Source of the DNA: Planctomycetota bacterium
GTDB taxonomy: Bacteria; Planctomycetota; UBA8108; SXIK01
DNA length: 64,000 nt
NCBI GenBank assembly: GCA_965223845.1
Contig: CBDCXR010000004.1
Coordinates: forward strand, 4,992,001 to 5,056,000
Reading direction: 5' to 3'
Position numbers and translations under genes: made by a program. The notes under the pieces were generated by a model, which made no database searches, was not told where the DNA came from, and saw nothing but the letters and a program-made list of their open reading frames with translations. Positions 17,564 to 26,569 of the stretch are shown in pieces; the first letter of the stretch is position 1; the number at the start of each line of letters is the position of its first letter.

Positions 17564-19123
17564 ATGAAGATCCACTCCCTCGGACACAGCTCGTTTCTGC
17601 TCGAGTTGCTGCCGGCCGCGAGCGATCGCCCGGTGCGGATCCTCGCCGATCCGTGGCTAAGCGACGGGCTCGTCGGCGACCTTTCGGGACGGTTTCCGCG
17701 CGTGCGATTCTCCCCGCGCGATTGGGGCGAAATCGATGCCGTATTCATCTCGCACGCCCACACGGACCACCTCGATCCGTACTCGCTCGTTCCGCTCTGG
17801 CGCGAGCTCACGCCGACACCGTCGCTCATTCTTCCGGAGAGTCTCGCCTTCCTCGAGGACGTCTTCCGGGAGTTCCTCACTCCACTCGAGCTCGTGTACC
17901 TTCACGACCAAAGGCCGATCGCGTTTCGCGGCGTCCAGCTCATGGGTTTCTTCAGCCCCGAGCAGCGCGCGACGAACGAAGACGACGTGATGCTCCTCCT
18001 CGCAAAGAACGGCCGGGAATCGTTCCTGAGTGAGGCCGACGCTCTCTTTCCGTTCTACGACGGAGACGCGCGCGCGGCGCTCGCCGACTTTCTCGACCTT
18101 GGTGCGGCGCAAACGATCTGCTTTCTCACGACCAAGAACGAAGGCGACGCGACGATGGCGATGCTCGATGCCGAGAACGCAGCGGAACGAGCCGAAGCAC
18201 TCGGGCGAGAACTAGATCGGACGTACGCGGAGGTCCACTCGACGTACGCGCCGCCCGGCGGCGAGGAGGAGGACATGGCCAGCGATGTGTGGCAGTGCGA
18301 TCGCGTGGTCCGCCTCATCGGAGGCCAGGGAATCTGTTTCCCCCAGTCGCTCGGGACCGCGTGGAATCGCGTGCTCTTTCCGATCCGGCTGCGAGATCGA
18401 GTGGAGATGGAGCGCGAAGTCGCTGCGCAGTACGACTGCCGGCACCGCGTCGAGGAGTTTGTTCCGGGAACGACCTACGAGCTCGCCGGCGGAGGTATCG
18501 AGTCCACCTCGCGCTGGACGCCTCTTCAGGTCCTCGACTGCGAAGACGACCGCGGCCACGACGAGACGATCGAGCTCTTCGAAGATTTTCCGCGTGCCCC
18601 CCTCCGATCGGACGAGCGGGACTGGGCGGGGCAAGAAGCGCGTATTCTAGATCTTCTCAACGACCGGTTTCTTCCCCACGTGATCGGCGCCCGCAATCCT
18701 CCGTTCGAACACCTCCTCGCCGCGGGCGGAGGCGAGTACCGCGTGCGCGTCCGCTTCGGGACCATGGAGTGTGGTGAGAATCGAGACTACGTCGCATCGT
18801 TCCGCGCCCTGCGCTTTACGGCCGCCGAGGCGAACTCTCGCGCCGACGAACACTACTTCGCGAACGACCTCGAGGACGTGCTCGACGGGCACGCCGACGA
18901 GTTTTCGACGATCTGCCGGCGGCCGCCTGCCCCAGGTGCGCAACGAGTGTGGACCACCCTCGGCTTGCCGTACCTCAACAACGACCTCGTCGAGCGGAAG
19001 ATCCGCCTTCACTTCGAACGCGCCGCGCGCGGCGGGACGTCGGAGAGCTGGGTGCTCGCTTTCTATCGGGACGACGCGATGCCTGAATCCTCTGGGAGCA
19101 CCGCTGGACCGGCGGTAGGCTGA
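17564..19123 (+). CDS. MBL-fold metallo-hydrolase with long C-terminal extension
   Basis: LGHSSFLL, ILADPW, ISHAHTDHLD (HxHxDH). Confidence 0.85.
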   Translation: MKIHSLGHSSFLLELLPAASDRPVRILADPWLSDGLVGDLSGRFPRVRFSPRDWGEIDAVFISHAHTDHLDPYSLVPLWRELTPTPSLILPESLAFLEDVFREFLTPLELVYLHDQRPIAFRGVQLMGFFSPEQRATNEDDVMLLLAKNGRESFLSEADALFPFYDGDARAALADFLDLGAAQTICFLTTKNEGDATMAMLDAENAAERAEALGRELDRTYAEVHSTYAPPGGEEEDMASDVWQCDRVVRLIGGQGICFPQSLGTAWNRVLFPIRLRDRVEMEREVAAQYDCRHRVEEFVPGTTYELAGGGIESTSRWTPLQVLDCEDDRGHDETIELFEDFPRAPLRSDERDWAGQEARILDLLNDRFLPHVIGARNPPFEHLLAAGGGEYRVRVRFGTMECGENRDYVASFRALRFTAAEANSRADEHYFANDLEDVLDGHADEFSTICRRPPAPGAQRVWTTLGLPYLNNDLVERKIRLHFERAARGGTSESWVLAFYRDDAMPESSGSTAGPAVG

Positions 19124-19167
19124 GGTCCGTGTGCGCGACTTCGCCTTGTTCGAACCCCGAGACGACG

Positions 19168-19788
19168 ATGAATTCCCGCGGCCTCCGCCGAATCTCGGCC
19201 ATCCTCCTCGTTCTCGCTCAGGTCGGCTGTGTTCCGCTCGTACCCAGCGAGCCGCCGCGCGCACGTGTCGCGCCGCGGGCTCCAATCCCCCACGCAATCA
19301 AACCCTCCGCAGAGGTCGACATCGCGGAGAGTGCGGTGCCGGCCGGCAGCGACGGGCAGAACGAAGGGTCGCGGGTGGAGAAGGATCGCCCTCCTCTCGG
19401 GCAGACGAAATTCGATCGAAGCGTGGATCCGCACGCCGCCGAGGGAGCAGCCGCCGCGCACTCCCCGACTGCCGCCGCTGCGGCGGGCGACGCGGCAGCA
19501 CGACGCTCGTCGCCCCGGCGAAAAAACGCCGAAGGCGTCGCTTCTGCGCGCCCCGATGATCTCGATCCACCGGCGGTGAACGAGCACGCGTTGGCGGATC
19601 GTCCCACCGAAAGCGCGAATGTCGTCCACGCCGCGGCGGGCGATCACACGGCAGTCTGGACTCGACTCACACCGCCGACACGCACTGAACTACGCGCCTC
19701 GACGCCGCGGAGACGACACGCGTTCGTCGATCGCCGTTTCATTTGGGAAGAGGTTCCGCGGCCGATGGACTGCCCCCGGAGTCGATGA
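19168..19788 (+). CDS. Hypothetical Ala/Pro-rich protein, possible lipoprotein
   Basis: Signal-like N-terminus ending QVGC; stop overlaps the next ATG (ATGA at 19785-19788); otherwise low complexity. Confidence 0.5.
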   Translation: MNSRGLRRISAILLVLAQVGCVPLVPSEPPRARVAPRAPIPHAIKPSAEVDIAESAVPAGSDGQNEGSRVEKDRPPLGQTKFDRSVDPHAAEGAAAAHSPTAAAAAGDAAARRSSPRRKNAEGVASARPDDLDPPAVNEHALADRPTESANVVHAAAGDHTAVWTRLTPPTRTELRASTPRRRHAFVDRRFIWEEVPRPMDCPRSR

Positions 19789-20492
19789 AAGTTCTCTACG
19801 TCTTTCCGCACCCCGACGATGAGTCCTTCGGCGTCGGCCAGGTGATGGCGAAACAAAGCCGGGAAGGGCACGAGGTCCATCTCCTCACCCTGACTCGCGG
19901 CGGCGCGACAAAGCAGCGTCACAGATTCGGCTATACGGTCGATGAGATGGGCGCGGTGCGAGCGCGCGAAATGACGGACGTCGCCAGCGTGCTCGACCTC
20001 GCGAGCCTCGAGGTCCTCGACTTTCCGGACAGTGGCCTCAAGGAAGTCGATCCGCGCGATGTCGAAGCTGCGATCGCGATCCACACTCGAACGATCGAAC
20101 CGGACGTCCTCGTCACCTACCCCGTTCACGGCGTCTCCGGATTCCACGACCACCTCGTCGCGCACGCACTCGTCAAGCGCGTCTTCGTCGAGCTCGAGAG
20201 CGAGATTCCCGCGCTCCGGCGACTCGCGTTCTCGACCGTGTCCGAGGAAACTGCCGAAGCGAGCAAGGTCTTCCCGCTTTCGCACTCCACGTCGGCGGAA
20301 ATCGACTGCGTCGTCTCCGTCGAAGACCGAGATCTCGAAGCCTGTCGCCGCGCGCTCGACTGCTACGTCACCTTCAAGGAGACGATCGACCGCACCGGAA
20401 TCAAAGACCTGCTTCCTCGAGATGTGCCGTTCGAGTTCTTCGCCGAGTCGTGCGAGCCTCCCGTCGAAGATGTATTCGCGGGGCTCGGGTAG
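19785..20492 (+). CDS. PIG-L family de-N-acetylase (LmbE/BshB-like)
   Basis: VFPHPDDE, TLTRGG, R.REM, DFPD, G..GFHDH. Confidence 0.9.
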   Translation: MKVLYVFPHPDDESFGVGQVMAKQSREGHEVHLLTLTRGGATKQRHRFGYTVDEMGAVRAREMTDVASVLDLASLEVLDFPDSGLKEVDPRDVEAAIAIHTRTIEPDVLVTYPVHGVSGFHDHLVAHALVKRVFVELESEIPALRRLAFSTVSEETAEASKVFPLSHSTSAEIDCVVSVEDRDLEACRRALDCYVTFKETIDRTGIKDLLPRDVPFEFFAESCEPPVEDVFAGLG

Positions 20493-20563
20493 ATCCGCTC
20501 GGTCGCAACGAGTACGAGCGCTCCGCAGCGCGACGACGCATCACCGATAGTGTTCACGTCAAC

Positions 20564-21148
20564 ATGACCGATCCCCTTCCGTTCGAATGGCTGAATGAGC
20601 CCGCAGACTGCGAGCGAAGCTCGTCGTCGCTCTCGTTCAGCGTTTCGGGCGGCACCGACTTCTGGCGGAAGACCCACGATGGAGGCGTGCGGGCGAACGG
20701 TCACTTCGGCTTCGTCACGGTCACGGGCGACTTCACGCTCAGCGCCAACGTGAGCGGTGAGTTTGGAAGCCAGTACGATCAGGCTGGACTCATGGCGCGC
20801 CTGGACGACGAGACGTGGCTCAAATGCGGCGTCGAGTACGTCGATGCCGCGCCCTACGCGAGCGCCGTCGTCACCCGCGCTTGGTCCGATTGGTCGGTCG
20901 TCCCGATTGAGCGGTCGACGCTCCGCTGGCGCCTGACGCGCCACGGCGAGACCTTCACGGTCGATTACTCAGATGCAGACGACTCGAGCCCCGCGCGTGA
21001 GGGGAGGATGATTCGCCAGGCGTTTCTCACCGACCGTCCCGAGCTCGCTATCGGCTTCATGGCCTGCGCACCCAAGGGCAACGGTTTCGCCGTTCGGTTT
21101 TCGGCGATCGAGCTCACCGGTTCGGCCACGCAGAGTCGAGCAGAATGA
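20564..21148 (+). CDS. DUF1349 family (concanavalin-like) protein
   Basis: WLNEP, TDFWRKTH, YDQAGLM, WLKCGVEY, WSDWS, G.MACAP...GF. Confidence 0.88.
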   Translation: MTDPLPFEWLNEPADCERSSSSLSFSVSGGTDFWRKTHDGGVRANGHFGFVTVTGDFTLSANVSGEFGSQYDQAGLMARLDDETWLKCGVEYVDAAPYASAVVTRAWSDWSVVPIERSTLRWRLTRHGETFTVDYSDADDSSPAREGRMIRQAFLTDRPELAIGFMACAPKGNGFAVRFSAIELTGSATQSRAE

Positions 21149-22176
21149 ATTCGTCGCTACGCCGCTACAATCCCCGAGCTCGGGCGAACGCCCGGTCGGC
21201 CCTCACGACTCGCATCGCCTTCGGAGCGCTCGGACTCTCCCTTCTGTCCACGGCCGCGACCGCGGACCGCGTTCGCTACCGCCTCGAGATCGTGAACACT
21301 TGGAGCGAAGAGACGCACCCCGGTGCCTTCCCCGAGGACGCACACTTTTCTTGGTTCGGCGGAGCGACTCACGACGACCGGGTTTCGTTCTGGGAAGTCG
21401 GCGAGCGAGCGTCGCCAGGAATCAAGCAAATGGCGGAAGACGGGAGAACGCTCGTTCTCACCGGCGAGGAAATCGCAGCCGCCATCGAAGCGCGTACTGC
21501 GGATCGCAGTCTCTCCTACCGCTGGTGGATCTGCCCACACGGCATCCGGGCCGACGCCTGCGGAGAATCCGTCGTCGAATTCGACATCGACGAACGATGG
21601 CCGCTCGTGACTCTCGTATCGATGCTCGGACCGAGTCCCGACTGGTTCATCGGCGTGTCGGGGCTCGCTCTCCGCGAGAACGATCGCTGGCTGCCGAGTG
21701 TCGTCGTCGATCTGACGCCTTACGACGCCGGAACTCGCTCCCCCAATCGCTTCGCGCTTTTCGGAAGCGAAACGTCCCCGCCCGATCTGATTCAGCCGAT
21801 CACCGAAGAATCCGGCCAGCTCATCGGCCCCGGGTCGCTCGGCGAGTTGCGGTTCACTCTCCTCGCTCCGCGCCAGACCCCGGGTGACTGCAACGCCGAC
21901 GGGCGACTCGACATCTCCGACGCGATGTGCATCCTTCTCGTCCTCTTCGGCGGGCGCGCGGAAGGCTTTCCGTGCGGTGACGGGACGGCAACCGACGCGG
22001 CCAACCGGATGCTCCTCGATTGGCAGGCTGACGGCGACGTCAACATCGCGGACGCCGTCGCGATCCTTCAGTCGCTCTTCGCAGACGGTCCCGAACACGC
22101 GCTGTCCGGCCCTCCGGGCGAAAGTCCTCGCTGCGTCACGATCGACACCTGCGAAACTGCCCCCGGCTGTGAGTAG
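21145..22176 (+). CDS. Spondin_N domain protein with C-terminal dockerin-like domain
   Basis: HFSW..GATH, FWEVG..ASPG.K.MAEDG, SMLGPSPDWFIGV, YDAGT; C-terminal GDCNADGRLDISDA...DGDVNIADA; ATGA overlap with the previous gene. Confidence 0.87.
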   Translation: MNSSLRRYNPRARANARSALTTRIAFGALGLSLLSTAATADRVRYRLEIVNTWSEETHPGAFPEDAHFSWFGGATHDDRVSFWEVGERASPGIKQMAEDGRTLVLTGEEIAAAIEARTADRSLSYRWWICPHGIRADACGESVVEFDIDERWPLVTLVSMLGPSPDWFIGVSGLALRENDRWLPSVVVDLTPYDAGTRSPNRFALFGSETSPPDLIQPITEESGQLIGPGSLGELRFTLLAPRQTPGDCNADGRLDISDAMCILLVLFGGRAEGFPCGDGTATDAANRMLLDWQADGDVNIADAVAILQSLFADGPEHALSGPPGESPRCVTIDTCETAPGCE

Positions 22177-22327
22177 CTCTCCGATCGATCTTCCCGGAGA
22201 TGCTTCTTAAACGACAACGCGGACTCTCGGTCGATGTCGAACGACGAGCTCCTGTCGCTTCTCACCCTTCCTCGCAAGCTTCGCGTCCCGCGTTTAAGTC
22301 ACGGGGACCCGGATCCCGGACGCAAAT

Positions 22328-25300
22328 CTAGCGCGCCCCGATCCTCACCGTCCGATCTTGCTCGGTGAGATCGACCGCCTGCGTCGAAATCAGTCCCCCG
22401 CGAGCACGCCGCACGCTGAAGTGATGGACACCCGGAAGCAGCGAGCGCAGGTGGACGAGCGGTCCCTCGATCGCCTCCTCCGCTTTGAACGCACGGAAGT
22501 GTCGCCCGGTCCACTCGTAGTGTTGGAAGGTCAGATAGGCGCCGGGATAGCGCGTGAGGAAATCGGTCGCGAACTTGACGGTGAGGTCGTGAGCCGCGTA
22601 GTCGAAGTGGAGATCACCCGTGCGAAGCGCGGTCGGATAACTCCTCACTCGAATGGGGATCGCCTCGCCGCGGTAGATGTTCTGGATCGTTTGCGGCTGC
22701 GACTTCTCGATGACCGCGCCGTAGACCGACGCGCCAGTCGGCGGATCGATCATCAGAAACTCGCCATCCACGACTCGACCGACTCGCGTCCCGGATTCGA
22801 TGCTCGGCGTGTCGGTCAATAGAATCCAGCCGTCACGGACGGGAACGCCGTTCCGCCGCGCGCGCCCCCGCAGCTCCCGCCCCTCGAGGACGAGCGCGAG
22901 CGCGCTCTCGAGTCCGGCTTCGACGAGAACCTCTTCGGTGACCGGCGGGATCGCATCGTACGCGTCCTCGAGACCCCAGCGCACCCGATAGATTCCGGGC
23001 TCGATTCCGACAAACCGGTTTACGCCGAAGGCGGAAGCCGCGATCTCGCCGAGCTCGAAGCGCGACGACGGATCCCGCGCGTCTCGCTGGTATTCGAGAC
23101 TGAATCGGAATCCGCTCCGATCACCGCCTTCGAGGTAGCCGACCTCGAGCGCGAGCGTCGCCGCAAAATCGAGCACGAGCTCGTACTGCGAGTCGCTCGG
23201 ATCCGCTGCGAGCACGGAGATCCGATCGCCGTATCCGGCGAGACGCGCAACGAGAACGTAACTCGGATCGAGATCGATCGGCAGCGCGTCGACGCGAAAC
23301 CGCCCTTCGGCGTCGGAGACCGCCTTGAATCTCTCACGCGCGAAGTCGAGCGGCTCCTTGAGCGGAAAGCGTCCGGCGAGCTCCTCGCGGATGACGGCGA
23401 CCGCCGCGCCCGGCGCTGGCGTACCGTCCGGAAAAAACACCGTTCCCGAGATCGATCGCGACTCGCGAAGCTCGATATCACCGAGATCGATCTCGCTCTC
23501 CGACTCCGGAAGCGAGTAGCGCCGCGTGACGCTCACCGCGGAGTCGGCGAGACGAAACGTAAAGAGGAGCGGGAGGGCCGGCAGAGGAACGCCGTGGAAT
23601 CGCCCGCTGCGAATCTCGAGATCGATGGGAGCCCCGTAGGAGATCGCGCGCGGCTCCTCCGGTTCCCAGCTCACCTGCACGGCGCCGCGCACGGGATGGC
23701 CGTCCACGTCGATCAACCGCCCTCTCACGTTCACCGGGCGCGGAAGCTGCACCTTCGTCGGGATCACCTCTCCCGGCTCGGTGACGATCGTCGCGTCGAC
23801 GAACTGGGGTGCCCTCACCCGGATCTCGTTTCGCTCGCGCGTTCGGATCACCGCCAGCACCGTTCCCGGAGCGCGCGGCGGGTGGTGCGAAATGATCACC
23901 GGCGCCGGATGCTCCGGCCCGCCCTTCGTATCGACACGGCCGTGCCGAATCGGCATGTCGCTGCTGTCGACGAGAAGGATCTCGATCCGCTCCGTTGCGA
24001 ATGCACTGCGCTTGGCGGTGACTTCGACTTCTTGTGCCGAGTCGACGCGAAATCGAACCGCGTCGCGCCGCTCGTCGCCGCTCGACCACTCGAGCTGGTA
24101 CTCGCCCTGCGCGAGGTTGTCGACCACGAGTCGACGATCGAAGACGCGGAAGCGCGAGATTTCTTCGATGCCATCGACGCCGCGGAGCGCGACGAACTTC
24201 GGCGGATCGACGGCGCCGACTCCCTCGACCACGAAGGTCACTTCTGCGCGCGCGCGCGGAAGGAGGTAGAGGTCACCGAAGTCGAAGAGCGGCGGGCCGG
24301 CGTCGCGGCGCTGGACGACGTTGACCGCCTTCGCTCCGCTCGAGATTGCGGTGACCCGCGCTTCCCTCGCGCCGCGGATGCGACGCCGACTCCCGAAGCT
24401 TCCGTCCGCACCGAGCGCGTAGGATGGATAGACTCGAGGGCGCGTCTCGCCGTCGACCCAGATCCTCTCGATGACCCGACTGCCTTCGAGCTCGTCCCCC
24501 GCCCCGCGGGCGATTCGCCCGCGCACGACGACGCTCTCGTCGGTCGTCGGCCTGAGGGCGAGCGCGATCGGCTCGGGATCGTCAGCGTCTTCGTCCGCCT
24601 TGAGCTCGAATCGTCCCGTGTACGACTCGACGCCCGGGCCTACGACCGCGACGTCGTAGAGCGAGTTCTCGCTCAGGCCCGAGACCGTCACGCGATCGCG
24701 TTCGCCGTCGAGAGCGTAGCGGTGGACGTAGCCGACGCCTTCGACTCGGACGAAGGAGAGCTCGGCGCCGCGGAGTGCTCCGCGCGGGACGTCAGAGAGA
24801 ACGACGGTCCGGGACAAACCCCGCTCGAGGGGGACGTCGCCGAGCTCGATCACCTCGTCGACGGTCGTATACGCCGGCATCGTCAGTACGCCGGGGAGCC
24901 ACCCGCGGCAGGCGACGACGACCGTTTCGCCGGGCTCGGGTGGAGCCCCGACGTACTTCGCCTCGCCCGCAGACGTGACGCGAACGAGAGTGAGATCGTG
25001 CGAGAGCTCGATCCCGTGGGGCGGAACGGGGCTCGGCTCCTCGGCCGCTTCGCTCTTCTCGCCGTCGACGAGTCGGAGACGCATCCGCGGGAGAGGTCGA
25101 CCGGGGACGACAACCCGCGGTGTACGTTCGGGGACCTTAAACGAGAGTCCGCGGCGAAAGAACGCGGGGATCTCGACGCGAACGGTGACGTCTTCCGGCT
25201 TCGAGTAGACGAGCGGAAACTTCGGGCCGAGGACGAGTCGACCATCCTCGTCGGTGCGAGTGCGGAGCTCGATTCCGCGAAAATCGACCACGACCTCCGC

Positions 25301-26392
25301 GTCGCGCAGCGCGTCACCCGCACTGTCGACGAGCTGCACCTCGTACGTCGCCTGCGGATACGCGTAAACGAACGGCTCTCCGCTCTCGGGGAGATGGTAG
25401 AGAATCTTCCCTTCGTAGTTGGCCTTCAGGATCTTGTCCTCATGCGCGAGGCGGTAGAGCGGATGGAGAACCTCGAGCCAGTAGAAGTAGTGCGTTCGTT
25501 CGAGCCGGATCGCTCCGTTTCCGTCCGTGTACTGAACGCGAGGCTCCGCGTCGATGACGAGACGGTCCCGGGCGCGCGGCGCGATCCACACGTCTGGCGC
25601 GTCGATCGTCGAATGTGTTCCGCGAACCGGAATGACGCGCACGGGGACGCGCACGAGAGGCGCGCGCGACGGGCGAAGAACGCGCACGTCGACCGTCCCG
25701 GCGCGGCGGAGCTCGATATCCGGAATCGTCCACCGGCCGCCCAACGGCTCGCGTCGCGAGAGGACAATCGTCTCCGTCGCGTATCCGTCCGCATCGACTT
25801 GGAGGTGCACGCGGAGGGTCGGATCCTCCACGTCGAAGACCGGAATCTCGAAGGAACCGTCGGGGGACAACTCCAGTTCGCGCTGGTAGCGCGCCGGATG
25901 CCCGGCGTGACTCGGGTCGGAATCGCCCCGGTAGGCGGTCGCGATCACACGGCCGCGGATCGAGTCTCCGTTGAGAGCATCGACGAGACGGCCGGCCGCG
26001 AACGCCGCTGACGCTCCGGCCTCGGGTCGTTCAACATCCGCCTCCGGCGCGCGCGGCTCCGCGTTCGTAATCGGCCGGGCGAGTCCCGGCCCGAATGACG
26101 TGAACGGAACGACCGACATCGCGTCCGAGCCGGACGCCTCCCCGTCGACCTCGGAATCCTGAGCGTCCTCTTCCGCCGATTCGGACACCGGATCGGCGCG
26201 AACGCTGACGGCGCGAGAATCGTGCTCGGCGACAGCGTCGAACGGTTCGTCTCCGCCCGCGTCACCCCAATTCGAGGGATCCGCCTGCGTGAGGTAGATC
26301 CCGAGCACGAGGAGAAGCGTGCTGAACAGAGCGCCGACCACGAGCGCAACTCTCACGGCGCCGGCGGCGCGTACCGCATCGCTCGAGTTCAC
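22328..26392 (-). CDS. Large membrane-anchored protein with repeated carboxypeptidase-regulatory-like (transthyretin-like) beta domains
   Basis: N-terminal TM (VALVVGALFSTLLLVLGIYL); repeats of 'G.V.D..G.P....V...TD..G.F'; start placed at GTG 26392 after an AGGGAG RBS (upstream part of the ORF overlaps the divergent gene). Confidence 0.8.
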   Translation of the reverse strand: MNSSDAVRAAGAVRVALVVGALFSTLLLVLGIYLTQADPSNWGDAGGDEPFDAVAEHDSRAVSVRADPVSESAEEDAQDSEVDGEASGSDAMSVVPFTSFGPGLARPITNAEPRAPEADVERPEAGASAAFAAGRLVDALNGDSIRGRVIATAYRGDSDPSHAGHPARYQRELELSPDGSFEIPVFDVEDPTLRVHLQVDADGYATETIVLSRREPLGGRWTIPDIELRRAGTVDVRVLRPSRAPLVRVPVRVIPVRGTHSTIDAPDVWIAPRARDRLVIDAEPRVQYTDGNGAIRLERTHYFYWLEVLHPLYRLAHEDKILKANYEGKILYHLPESGEPFVYAYPQATYEVQLVDSAGDALRDAEVVVDFRGIELRTRTDEDGRLVLGPKFPLVYSKPEDVTVRVEIPAFFRRGLSFKVPERTPRVVVPGRPLPRMRLRLVDGEKSEAAEEPSPVPPHGIELSHDLTLVRVTSAGEAKYVGAPPEPGETVVVACRGWLPGVLTMPAYTTVDEVIELGDVPLERGLSRTVVLSDVPRGALRGAELSFVRVEGVGYVHRYALDGERDRVTVSGLSENSLYDVAVVGPGVESYTGRFELKADEDADDPEPIALALRPTTDESVVVRGRIARGAGDELEGSRVIERIWVDGETRPRVYPSYALGADGSFGSRRRIRGAREARVTAISSGAKAVNVVQRRDAGPPLFDFGDLYLLPRARAEVTFVVEGVGAVDPPKFVALRGVDGIEEISRFRVFDRRLVVDNLAQGEYQLEWSSGDERRDAVRFRVDSAQEVEVTAKRSAFATERIEILLVDSSDMPIRHGRVDTKGGPEHPAPVIISHHPPRAPGTVLAVIRTRERNEIRVRAPQFVDATIVTEPGEVIPTKVQLPRPVNVRGRLIDVDGHPVRGAVQVSWEPEEPRAISYGAPIDLEIRSGRFHGVPLPALPLLFTFRLADSAVSVTRRYSLPESESEIDLGDIELRESRSISGTVFFPDGTPAPGAAVAVIREELAGRFPLKEPLDFARERFKAVSDAEGRFRVDALPIDLDPSYVLVARLAGYGDRISVLAADPSDSQYELVLDFAATLALEVGYLEGGDRSGFRFSLEYQRDARDPSSRFELGEIAASAFGVNRFVGIEPGIYRVRWGLEDAYDAIPPVTEEVLVEAGLESALALVLEGRELRGRARRNGVPVRDGWILLTDTPSIESGTRVGRVVDGEFLMIDPPTGASVYGAVIEKSQPQTIQNIYRGEAIPIRVRSYPTALRTGDLHFDYAAHDLTVKFATDFLTRYPGAYLTFQHYEWTGRHFRAFKAEEAIEGPLVHLRSLLPGVHHFSVRRARGGLISTQAVDLTEQDRTVRIGAR

Positions 26393-26569
26393 GAAACTCT
26401 CCCTTTCGCGATTGGATCGACGACCATCGCTGAGACGAGGCCACGCAATCGGGCATTCACCGAGAATTGACTCGGCTGAAGGATCTCGCTCCTGCGTTCG
26501 GATTCTCCGGGCGTCGCGCCGCCGCATCGAGAAGAATGTGGCGGTTCGCATCCCCCGCAGAGAGGAACG

